A stretch of 64,000 nt of DNA from Neoconidiobolus thromboides FSU 785 (lineage: Eukaryota; Fungi; Entomophthoromycota), in contig MU626342.1 of NCBI GenBank assembly GCA_025603075.1, positions 1-64,000 on the forward strand. Reading direction: 5' to 3'. Numbering within the stretch: position 1 is the first letter of the stretch; the number at the start of each line of letters is the position of its first letter. This document shows positions 52,491 to 64,000 of the stretch, piece after piece. Made by a program: the position numbers and the translations under genes. The notes beneath the pieces were generated by a model. That model did no database searches and had not been told where the DNA came from. It saw only the letters and a list, made by a program, of their open reading frames with translations.

Positions 52491-52982
52491 GAAGACTACT
52501 AACTTAATAAAACCATCATAAACTAACTAATATTGATCTACTTTTTGACCTAGTTTTTACCGTCTAAACATTACTCTAACTTAAACTAAATTTTGTATCA
52601 ATATACTAACATAATAGCTACCCTATTATAGTGTACCAATTTAATTTAAATCGATAACTTTTAAAATTCATGTTTCAATGGTATAAAAAATCATACTCAC
52701 TTTTTTAAACGTAGCATTTAACAAAGCCTTTTAGATATTATAGTATTGTTTGTTTTATAAAAAACCAAGCATTTATAAAATAAGGGTTAAATTTTTTAAC
52801 TATTATAGTTCAATAATTTTAATAGCCTTTGTTTTTTTTTAAATATGAGAAAATATAGTTGATGAAATAAATTATTACATTTTATAAGGATTAGAAATTT
52901 TCAATCGTGCTGTTTAAATCTATTATAGTATTAAAACATTATAAAATAAATAAAACTAATAAGATGTAAATTATCACTATAT

Positions 52983-53081
52983 GGGGATGTATTTTTGTGT
53001 TTAAGAGCTTTACTAATCATTTTTCCACTCAAATAGCACTTAAAGGATGGAAAAAGTAATGAAGCCAAAAAAGACATCCCC
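52983..53081 (+). mobile_element. ~100-bp MITE copy
   Basis: Perfect GGGGATG...CATCCCC; ATAT flanks at 52979-82 and 53082-85. Confidence 0.9.
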
Positions 53082-54225
53082 ATATGGTTTATTCTAGTTA
53101 TTTTTATTTGATGCTTACAATTTTATTTCTATTATTTTATATTTAACAAACTGTAAAAAATAAAATTTTATTTTTACTCTTTTTGTTAAAGAATTATTTT
53201 ATTAGGAACAAGATTAGATCCAATGAAGGAACAAGAATATCAAACCACCAGAAGGAAATCGTATAAGAGGAACACCTAATAAAGCGACTAAAGGTAATGG
53301 AGACAAATAGTAAATTAAAAAGAGGAAATGTATATGATTTTATATAAACTGGAAGTGAATTCCTTTAGTGACACTCGGAATTCAAGTCCATGGGAAAGTT
53401 TTTGACTTTATTTCTGTGAAGTTTCTGAGCTATGTGAAAGTCTCTTCCATTTAAAAAATACTTTATTTTTATTTAGTAATTATAATCAACCTTAATTTAC
53501 TTTGTTTGGACTTTTTTCAATAAAAGTTATTTTTAAAATAAAAGAAATTTTTATATACTTTCCCTTGCATTGATTGTTTAAATAAAATATAAAAAAGGTG
53601 GAGTTGAATTACCATTGTACCTTAGCTGGATAATTAACTTCATTTTTTAAAAATAGTTAATCCCTTAAAAAATATTGTCATTATTTAAGTTTATGAATAT
53701 CCATTTCAATGAAATTCATATGAAATCCAAATATTTTATAGTACTATAATACCCCAACTACTCCCTGTTTCATTCTACTATTGTATAAGTGAAAGGAGAT
53801 ATTATAATAAGTTTATTTGACACTAAAGAAAAATGATGAAATTTACGCCACATAAAATTAAGTGATATAATATTGTATCATTTCTTTAATAAAGTAAGAT
53901 TTGATAATTTTATTATTTTATCTATGATAAAATTTAAAATATTAAAATTAAGACTATCTGTGATCTGTGTCATTAAAGCCGTAATTAAATAGTTATTTAA
54001 CATCTTCAAAAATATTATTTTAATTTAACAAAAAACATATACTTTGCCAATAGGGGGCGCGCTCAAGGTTGAAAAAAAATATCGAAAATAATGATTAAAC
54101 TAAAGATTTTAATTTTTTTACAATTATAATGGAGAAGGAGAAACGAAATAACGGCATTTATAATTAAAAGCAGGTCTTAAATAGATGATGAAAATAATAC
54201 AATTCCATTCAGATATTAATTGATA

Positions 54226-55143
54226 TTAATTCTGTTTAGAAGCTAACTGGGATAGCTTGAGATCCTTGATTTTCTGTAGTTCAATAACTTCTTCTTTTAA
54301 TCCTTCAATGTAATCAGCTGCTCTTTTTAAGAGTACCGCTTTACTACAACTTCCGCCACCACATTTAAGTACTAACTCTTCAAGTTCTGAAAAACACTTA
54401 CGAATTAAATCACGTCTCTTTTGCTCAGAAGCAATATGGTTGGCTCTCCTCATCTCATCTTTCAAAGGTGGTAATGCTTTATTGTTTGAGCGTGAGTTTT
54501 TTGAGGCCTTAGTGGATTGTGGTAAAATGGTTTGCTTATTCACTTCATTTTGCATTAAAACGGGGGTCACTGAAGAACTGTTAGTTGGATAAACTGGGTG
54601 ACTTATATCATTGTTAGTTGAAGAGCTATGCTGTTCAAAGTAAGGTGAATTTTTATTATTGTTGGAAAAATAATTTGATTGAGAACCAACATGATTATTC
54701 ATTTGACGATTTCTTTGGTGATATGGGGAAAAAGTAGCAGTAGACTCATGATATGGTGTGGAGATTGGATTAAATGAATAGTTTGCTCCTGTAGGTTTAT
54801 TTAAAGTATCCGGATAAACCTGATTCTGAGTCCAAGAGTTTAATAAGTTAGAGAGATCCAAGTTTGGAAATAAATCGTTTTTTTCTTCAACCAAGTTATC
54901 AAAAAACCCGGATAGAAATTGTTGTTCAGATGGATCGAAAAGTGAAATAGGAAAATCAAGTGGGGGTGGTTCAAGTTGTGTCTTAGGTGGCTCAATATCT
55001 AATAAGTGTCAACTACTTGTAAATTAATTAAATAAAGTATATTTACTTGATCCGCCGAACCAATTCGAACAATGAGCTTTTGGGTCTACTAAACCGTCCC
55101 TTTGATTATTCACTGTTGAAAAAGAGTTGTATCGATTCATCAT
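54226..55143 (-). CDS. bHLH(-zipper) transcription factor, Ino2/Ino4/Mlx-like; 2 exons (55143-55047, 54998-54226)
   Basis: RRANHIASEQKRRDLIRKCFSELEELV..SKAVLLKRAADYIEGL; the GT-AG intron joins MMNRYNSFS.. to ..LFDPSEQQFLSGFFDNL. Confidence 0.85.
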
Positions 55144-57203
55144 AACTAATTTTTAGAAATAAAACAATTTAAAAAGTAAAGAATGAATTAAGTAATGTTG
55201 AAACGTATTTAAATTTTAAGAAATGGGCAATTAAAAGTTTTAGGGGGGAAATGATATGGAGATTTTAAATAAACTCAAGGGATTATGTTTTTTATTTGCT
55301 CTTATTGTGCTTATTTCGACCAATAAAATACGGTTTCTATTACAGTTTAAAATCATTTTTAATTGGATATAAGATGAGATATAAGGGCGAATAGATTGGA
55401 TAGTTTCATAAGATCAAAGCATGTGATTTTTACTAAACATAGTAAAATGGCACTTAAGATTTGAATCAACTTGAGATTTAATTAAAATCAATCAACGTCA
55501 ATAACAACTTGATGAATAATATTCATAACAATATTTGCGGAATTTATAAGGTGGTAAATATTGAGTAAAATCATTGGCTAGGTTCTACGAAATTTGTAGT
55601 ATTTTGTAAAATGATTGGCAGAACTTTTGATTAAAGAAGCAAAATGTATTGAACCTAGTCACCTGTACAACTTAAATGTCAAATGTTTAGAATTTTAAAG
55701 AGTGATGACTTTCTAAAGTTTTCTAAAGAATGTCAGTTAAAACATCATATAAAAAAGCCAACTTTAAGCAAGTTTTTGTTGTATAAACATTATAATATAT
55801 TATATTATTAAATAATAGAATATTTTGTACTATAAATCTTACATTTTATACTTTATAAATCAATAAAGTAAATATAGTATAACATAGTATAATATAACAT
55901 AATAGAAAATAGTATTTAAAATGGTAATTTATATTCTTTGACTTTCAAATGTTTCTCATGCTTATGCTAAGAATATTTTGTAATTCGAATCAATTAAATG
56001 CTACTTTTATGTAACTAATTGAAAATCAAAGTTTTTGTTTTAGTTTAGTTTAATAAGCTAGAAATATAGACAAATAATGTAATATATAAAATATAATTTA
56101 TTTTAAAATCAAGTACTTATAAACTTCATAGAGATTATGTATATAAGATAATATGTTGTTTTAAATTTGCACAACAAGATTATCCTTAAAATTATAAAAT
56201 ATTCATTTAGACATTTGATTCAATTCAATAATATTACTGAATTCATCAAACCATAAAAGCGAATATTTATTATTCAAAGTATTCAATATATATTGTAACT
56301 CAATTTTGAATAACGCGATGACAAGCTTGTTGTTATTGAGTTATTTTTATTATCTAACTTTGATATTATAAAGAGATGTCAATTTCTAACTTTTTTTGAG
56401 TTTTGTGAATTTAGGTTTTAATTTAAAATAAAAATCTTGAACCCTTTTTCAGATCAATTTTTATTTACTTGACGTGTTAAAATAGACTATTTAATCAAGA
56501 CTTTATAGCTTTTAGTATCATAATCTAACAATTTATAAAGTTAATAGTTTAGCTTATTTTATTATCTTTAATATTATAGTTCTCATTTGGTACATTCGAT
56601 TTTTTTGAAAAAAAGCCTAATGACAATTTAGATTCACTTAGTTTTTTAATAGATTAAATGTAAGTTCATTTAGTAATTTAAATTGATGCAATCCACATCT
56701 AAATGAAATCTCATTTGCAAATTCCAAAAAGAGAGAAAAAATGTTTTTGTTTGAAAATTTAACTTTATTATTTTTAATTTAAGCTATATAAACAATATAC
56801 TAATGTGAAGAAATTCTAATTTGCTAAATTTTTTATGTGTTTGAATATGATTAGTTCAGTAATTTAATAAGATGTAATAATAATCATCTAAATCTCAAGT
56901 TAGTTAAATAGATTTATTTGAAGCTGTAAATAAGATAATAACTGCAAAACCAAGCTATCAATTAGCAAAAAATTAAAACTTATTAAACTAGTTTTATTTT
57001 ATTTATTTATTTATTTTGTTTATTTGTTCATTTGCTTTATTAATTGATTTTTTTAGTAAATATATTACAAGCTTTAGATATTAATTTTAGAATATTTATT
57101 AACATTTAAATGAATTTATTAGACAAATTAACTTATGACTCCTGTGATTGACAATCACTTAATTTTTAAACCTAAAAATTGAACAATTATCTAAATCAAA
57201 TAT

Positions 57204-57300
57204 GGGGATGTATTTTTGTGTTTTAAGAATTTTACTATTAGTTTTCCCATTCAAATAGCGCTTAAAAGAGAAAAAGTAATGAAACCAAAAAAACATCCCC
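57204..57300 (+). mobile_element. ~100-bp MITE copy
   Basis: Perfect GGGGATG...CATCCCC; ATAT flanks. Confidence 0.9.
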
Positions 57301-57529
57301 ATATTCTTTTCAACCAACATTTCACTTAACTCATTTTCTCATCAAATCAATTATAAACTAATTGCTTAGCTATCAGCATAAATAAACTATTCAATTTGAA
57401 ACTAAGAATAAATGTGATAATTTACTAAAAATAACACTATCTAATTTAATCATTTTGGCTGGAATTCACTCTAAATTTCTCTAATTTCTCTTTTCAATTG
57501 TACCATTTTTACCTCTCAATTAACTCGAA

Positions 57530-60035
57530 ATGGCCACTCCATCAAGTCACTCAGAATCTAACGACGAAGATAGTATGCATTCAAGTAATTCAAAACATCT
57601 TCATAGTCCCAAAACTTTTATTAGTAATTTATTCAATGGTAATGATTTTTCTAAAATACCATTAAAATTGGATCATTGTTATCGACCATTATGGATCAAT
57701 CCAGTAGAATTGTCAATAACATTGGAGAAACATTCTCCTTTAGCTAAACCAGCTCAAGATTTTTTAGCTGCTATAGCAGAGCCTATATCAAGGTAAACTC
57801 ACGCAAAAAATTCAACGTTTTTTTATTTAAAAGGGTATTAATCTTTTTTGTTTATTTATTTATACAGACCAATGTTTATGTTAGAATATAAAATTACTTC
57901 TTATTCTTTATATGCTGCTTTTTCTATTGGTTTACAAGCTAATGATATTATTATTATGTTAAACAGATTGTCAAAGGTAACAAGATTTGATTATGTTATA
58001 TTTTTATTATATTTATGACTAATTGAGTTAGTCCGAAATCCAACCTTCAGTTGTAGAGTTTATTAACAAATGTTCATTAACCTTTTCAAAAGCTAAATTA
58101 GTATTAAAATTGAATCGATATTTTATTGAATCTGAAGATCAATTAGCATTAAAAAAATTATTATTAGATGAGATTATTCGAGATGCTTGTATTAATTTAT
58201 CAGATAATCAACAAGATAATAATAATAATAAAGATATTAATTTAATATCAACAGATAAGCCAAGTAATAAAGGTTTATTAGTAGCTGGTATACCAAATAA
58301 AATAAAAACAATGGAAGATAATAAAGAGAATATAGATGGAAATGAAAGTATTGAACTAGATATAAAAAAGATATTAGATAAGGAAGATGAAGAAGATGAA
58401 GAAGATATAAAACAACATGTTTATTCCTTTGAAATTGATAGTAAAAAAGTAGAAACTATAAAAAAACAATGCCAATTATTAGATTATCCATTATTAGAAG
58501 AATATGATTTTCGTAATGATACCATCAATACAAGCCTTGAAATAGAATTAAAACCCAATGTTACTTTAAGACCATATCAAGAAAAAAGCCTGAATAAAAA
58601 ATTTTCTAATGGTAGAGCAAGATCAGGGATTATTGTATTACCTTGTGGAGCTGGTAAAACATTAGTTGGTATTGCAGCTGCATGTACAATTAAAAAAAGT
58701 TGTTTGATATTATGTACATCAGCAGTCTCCGTTTCTCAATGGAAATCTGAATTATTAAAATGGTCCACAATTCAACCTGAAAAGGTAGCTACATTTACTT
58801 CTGGACATAAAGAATTTTATGCAGGCAAAATAGGAATTGTAATAACTACTTATTCAATGGTAGCTAATATTAAAAATCGATCTCATTCTTCTAAAAAAAT
58901 GATGGATTATTTACAAAATCAAGAATGGGGTTTATTATTGTTAGATGAAGTACATGTAGTACCAGCCAATATGTTTCGACAAGTAGTAAATAAAATCCAT
59001 TGTCATAGTAAATTAGGATTAACAGCTACTTTAGTAAGAGAAGATGATAAAATTACAGATTTAAATTTTTTAATTGGACCCAAATTATATGAAGCTAATT
59101 GGATGGAATTAGCATCTCAAGGTCATATTGCAAATGTAGAATGCGCTGAAGTTTGGTGTCCAATGACACGTGAATTTTATCGAGAATATTTACATGAATC
59201 CAGTCGTAAAAGAGCTTTGTTATATGCTATGAACCCAAGTAAATTTCAAGCATGTCAATATTTAATTCAATTACATGAATCTCGTGGGGATAAAATTATT
59301 GTGTTTTCCGATAATGTTTACGCTTTACAAGCCTATGCTTTAAAACTAAAAAAGCCTTTTATTTATGGAGCTACTTCTCAATTAGAAAGGATTCGTATAT
59401 TACAACAATTTAAATATAATCCTATGATTAATACGGTATTTTTATCAAAAGTTGGAGATACTTCAATTGATTTACCAGAAGCTACAGTATTAATTCAAAT
59501 TTCAGCTCATTATGGTTCAAGACGACAAGAAGCCCAAAGATTAGGACGAATTTTAAGAGCGAAAAAAAAAACACGAAATGTAACTTCTAAATTTAATGCA
59601 TTTTTTTATAGTTTAGTATCTAAAGATACAGTTGAAATGTATTATTCCGGTAAAAGACAACAATTCTTAATTGATCAAGGATATGCTTTTAAAATTATTA
59701 CTAAATTAGATGGTATTAATGAATTAGAAAATTTAGTTTATCCTACTCAATCCGATCAATTAGAGTTATTACAAACCGTATTAATGACTTCGGAAAAAGA
59801 TGGGGAATCTGAAGATGACAATTTTGATTTTGATTTTGATTTTGATTTTGATTTAGATAATTCAAATATGGATAGTTTAGAAGGAGATAACTTACCTCTA
59901 CCTAAAAGAATGTTGGGTTCAATGAAATCTTTAGCTGGAGCAGATTCAATGGCTTATATTGAATATAATAGACCTGTTGCTCATCAATTTAGAGATAAAG
60001 AAAACCAATTATTTCGCAAAAAGAGTAAAAAATAA
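57530..60035 (+). CDS. SSL2: TFIIH 3'-5' helicase XPB/ERCC3, 3 exons
   Basis: [111 protein letters not shown]. Confidence 0.97.
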
Positions 60036-60216
60036 ATTGAGATGTATGTCAAGCAAATAATAATATTTCAATGTTATGTATAATAATTATTTATATTAAT
60101 AAAAAAGAAAAAAAAAGATTCTACTCTTATTATTTTTTTGTATTGTATTATATATTATATTAAATAAAATAAATAAAAATAAAATTTACTTAAAATCTTT
60201 TAATTTGATATTGAAT

Positions 60217-61028
60217 TTAAACAACTCGACGATTTTCAAAAAAGGATTTAAGATAAGTAATTTGCCAATAACAAATTCCAATTACAGAAATTATTTGAAA
60301 ATAAGTCCACCATTGAATTTTATTAGAGGTGACTTCAGCAACTATAAATAAATAATATTAATATGTTATTATTTATTATCATTATAATTATATTTTTATA
60401 TTATATATTATTACCTCTATTATGATAACCATCTCTATCAATAGAAGATTGAATTTGACCTTCAATTTTACTAATATATTCCTTCATTTTATCTAATTCT
60501 TGTTGAACCCATTGATGAGAGTCATCATCTAATAGTAAATAAATTAATTAGTAATAAAATTAATAAATTAAATATCATTAGCTTACTTTTTTTATCTTCC
60601 ATATTATTGTATTTTAATAGTTGAGGTACAAATACTAACTTTTTTTGTGTTAGTTGATTACCAAAACAATATTTATGATCCCCTGGATTCGAGGCATTAT
60701 ATGAATAATACGCATCTTTACGATCTGGGGTATGTTTTAACAATACATTAAATGGGTTAAAGAGCTACAATAAAATTAACGTATATTAATAATCCTCTTT
60801 TTCAAGTATTATAAATTATATTAAATAATACATATATATTATTTATTTTACCTTAAAATCAATAATTTGATCCCCGCCTTCAATAGCGTCATAAGATAAT
60901 AAAAATAAATCTAATTTTTCCATAGTAATATAATAACAATCCGTTTGATCTGCTTCCATTATAGTTCGAAAGCTAGTTAAGGAACATAATAATAAAGTAA
61001 TGCTAATAATAATAGTTTGAATTTTCAT
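60217..61028 (-). CDS. p24/GOLD-domain cargo receptor (EMP24/TMED family), multi-exon
   Basis: Signal peptide, DCYY..EGGDQIIDFK, YSYNASNPGDHKYCFGN, last exon AEVTSNKIQWWTYFQIISVIGICYWQITYLKSFFENRRVV*. Confidence 0.88.
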
Positions 61029-61493
61029 TGTTTTCTTTGTCTTATCTAAATCCAAAAATTAAATAATCTTTTTCAGCTCCTTTAATTGTAAGTTGAATTT
61101 CATTATTTTTATTAAGAGCTTGAATTTAATTGGTCTCTAAAAATATTGATGTGATAAAAACTAATTGGCGTTGAATTTGAACTTGTATTTTTTTAAAAAA
61201 ATCATAATTTTTGGTAAAGAAGGAATTTTTAATCTTTTAGAAATTTTTTAAAATCAATTTTTAGAACATTAAATAAATAATATATAATATTGACTTTAAC
61301 CTTAATATATTAATTGTCAATAACATTATTTTTGGATTTTTAAGTAATGTTTAGTATTTTTTTTTACTCATTAATATTTTATCTTACTAAAGCATCTATC
61401 CCTTTAAAATATGTTAAAGAAATAATTTACTCAATAGTAACAATAAATAAAAAAAAGAAGGTTTGCTACTGATATAGATCATAATCAACATAT

Positions 61494-61590
61494 GGGGATG
61501 TATTTTTTTGCTTAAGGATTTTACTAATGATTTTTCTACTTAAATAGTGCTTAAAAAATGGAAAAGTAATGAAACTAAAAAAGCATCCCC
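61494..61590 (+). mobile_element. ~100-bp MITE copy
   Basis: Perfect GGGGATG...CATCCCC; ATAT flanks; the flanking symmetry extends to tcaacatat/atatgttga. Confidence 0.9.
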
Positions 61591-62239
61591 ATATGTTGAA
61601 TACATTATTTAACTACTGTATGATGACTTTAACAATTTAAGGGTTAAGGAGGTAGGAGAGTAAAGATATATTGAAAACTAACTCAAAATATTTAAAAGAA
61701 TAAAATATGTTTATAAACAATAATAAGCTCTCTACTCACCCTTTTTATTAATTTATTTAATAGCTTAATAGTCATGTTTTTATCCTATTATTTTTGTGTT
61801 TAACTAATATTTCTATCTATTTATTCTAAAAAACAAACTTGTATTTTTATTTTATATATTTTTATAAAATTTAGCCTATCCTTTTCAATAAAACTTATGA
61901 TCTCATGCTTTCTCTCCCTTGATAAAATAGATAAATTATTAAAATAAACCAATCTAATACTTAGAATAGAAGTATTCACCAAAAATTTCTACCAATTAAA
62001 TTAATCTATTGAATTACCAACTTTTATGATATCAATATCAAAAAAAATAAGGGTAAATTAAATTTATTTGAACTTTTTTCTCTAAAATTAATAAGTATTT
62101 TTTTTGTCCTATTAATTTAACCCATTATAAATTTTCATATTTTTATTATTTCTTTAAATTTGTATATATTTTTATTCTTTTATATATTCAAATACACAAA
62201 AATCAATTTATATAGTCTTCATATCAATCTTAATAAATT

Positions 62240-63811
62240 ATGTCTGATAACAATGTTTGCACTGAACCACCTAATATGGTAAGAAATATGCCATTAAATA
62301 ACAATAGAAGATTACATTCTAGAGCTTATCCTCAACCACCTGTAAACTTACGACGACCAAGAGGTGTAAGCTCACCACAACCATTAAATCGTAATACCTT
62401 ATCGCCCACTTCATTAAGTATGTCAACATCTTCAACTACAGATAGTATCAATTTGACCTTATCACCAAGAGTTAATAATGGATTAAGACCTAACTTATCA
62501 CCACAAAGACCTAACTTAAGTCCATTAATTTCACCTGCTTCAACTACACAAGGAGGACCTATCCAATTGCCTACACCTATTAATATGGTAGATAGATTAA
62601 CTTCATTACCAAATAATAATCAACGTAATTTAAGTCCAATGCAACGTTTTTTAAACTTAGCAAGGAAATTATCCCCAAGGTCCAATCAAAATTCACAGCA
62701 ACTACAATCTATTGGTAATCGATTACAACAAGTAGAGAGATTAGGTAGTGAAAGACATTCATTTAATGGATATAGAAGATATAGTCCTTCATATGAAAAT
62801 AATCGACCTCAACCTTTATTTCCTAATAATATTAAAGATGCAGGAGATATTATGAATAAATTATTAGCTAGTAATCCACCAGCAAATAATCCATCTCCAG
62901 CTATGAGAAGAATTCGTAATTTAACACCTAAATTATTATTAAAATCTCCACCTAAAAATCAAAATAATAAAGTTAATGGAGTAAAGAAAGCAGGTGTTAT
63001 TGGTAGTTCACCTTTAAGTCAACCTCCATTAATGATTAATAATAATAATAATAATAATGAATCTCCAATTGATAAATTACCATTAGAATTATTAAATTTG
63101 ATTTTTTCAAAATTATATTCACCAAAAGATTTAATTAATTGTTCATTAGTATGTAAACGTTGGCAAGCACCAGCAAAAGATGCCCTAGATACTTTATTAA
63201 AAAATAAGCCATATGCTGATTTACCTATGTTACGTACATTAAGGAAAGGATTAAATGAAAAACAGAATAAGAGTATCCCTCAAATTGTTAATGAATTATC
63301 TATTGAATATTGTCAAAGTAATCCAAAAATTTATCAACAATTCTTACCCGATAATTCACCAGAAACAATGATATCTCATTTATTTTGGATCTTTTTATTT
63401 TTAGATAGAGAATTTCGAAATGGTAATAATAGAAGACTAAGCTGTGATTATTTTATTAAATTAGTTCATAATGGAATTTCAAATACAATTGATAAAAGTA
63501 CACTAAAGGTAATTAATTATATTATATATATATATGAATTTTAATTTTAATATCATATTAATTAACATTTATTTTATTATTATTCTATATAGTCTTTATA
63601 TCAAGATATTAAAGCAAATCCATTGATAATAGAAACGGAAGATAATTCTACAATTTATATAAGTAATGGTGGTGGTATGCAACAGTTTTTACCTCATCCA
63701 ATACGTAAATGGTGGCGTCGAATTACACATCGTAATTTAAATATTGAGGTAGCTGAATTAGATGCTTTATCCGATGTTGAAGAAGAAGATCCATTTCGAC
63801 CATTGGAATAA
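62240..63811 (+). CDS. F-box protein with degenerate Sec7-like domain and SP-rich N-terminus; intron 63509-63592
   Basis: F-box IDKLPLELLNLIFSKL..DLINCSLVCKRW; then IVNELSIEYCQSNP, LFWIFLFLDREFRN..LSCDYFIK and SLYQDIKANPL, which follow Sec7-domain spacing. Confidence 0.7.
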
Positions 63812-64000
63812 AGAAAAGAGAAAGCGGAAGAGTGGAAATGAGTTTTGTGAGATTATGTTATTAATTTTTTTTAAATTTACCTAAAAGTGAGGAAAAAGAG
63901 AATATTTTATCTAGAGTATTATACTCAATTTTTGTTATTATCACCATATCATCATAGTCTCTTTTTCTTTTATTATATATATATTATATATAAGTATAGT

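Larger units (their letters stand above)
43838..52500. mobile_element. Endogenous Nucleocytoviricota-like viral element, block 2 (replication module and accessory genes); boundaries approximate
   Basis: Intronless dense ORFs for D5 helicase, PolB, VETF-L-like and Zn-finger proteins; GC clearly above host (sampled line 47461-47520: 28/60 G+C versus 10/60 at 42181-42240). Confidence 0.9.

Noticed and set aside
33625-52500. Alternative genetic code explaining in-frame stops in viral genes
   Set aside because: TAA, TAG and TGA all occur and are accompanied by frameshifts and catalytic substitutions; decay explains them better.
33600-52520. Terminal inverted repeats or TSD bounding the viral element
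   Set aside because: I compared the ends by eye and found no matching termini; boundaries are inferred only from composition and ORF content.
59816-59856. (GATTTT)n repeat in XPB
   Set aside because: An ordinary coding microsatellite (DFDFDF) in the acidic tail.

Overview
Very AT-rich eukaryotic nuclear DNA with short (about 45-60 nt) GT-AG introns. The gene set (GH18 chitinase, GPI14, CRM1, SGT2, SEC22, RSP5, a group III HAMP-repeat histidine kinase, bHLH factor, XPB, p24) points to a fungus, probably an early-diverging lineage (inference). The main signal is about 17 kb of intronless, gene-dense, GC-richer DNA in two blocks (about 33.6-41.9 kb and 43.8-52.5 kb). It is a decaying endogenous DNA-virus-like element of Nucleocytoviricota type, carrying strongly shortened Rpb1 and Rpb2 RNA polymerase genes, a D6/D11-type SF2 helicase, an mRNA capping enzyme, a D5-type SF3 helicase without a primase domain, family B DNA polymerase, a probable VETF large subunit and SSB, and one secreted Cys-containing protein. 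I see no capsid or packaging genes in this window. Its gene ends share an ATTAAAAAA(GA)-type motif, and some form hairpins. The host DNA also holds about 13 copies of a roughly 100-bp MITE (TIR GGGGATG, 4-bp TSD), two of which form a perfect 87-bp palindrome. All calls come from motif recognition by eye; no database searches were run.
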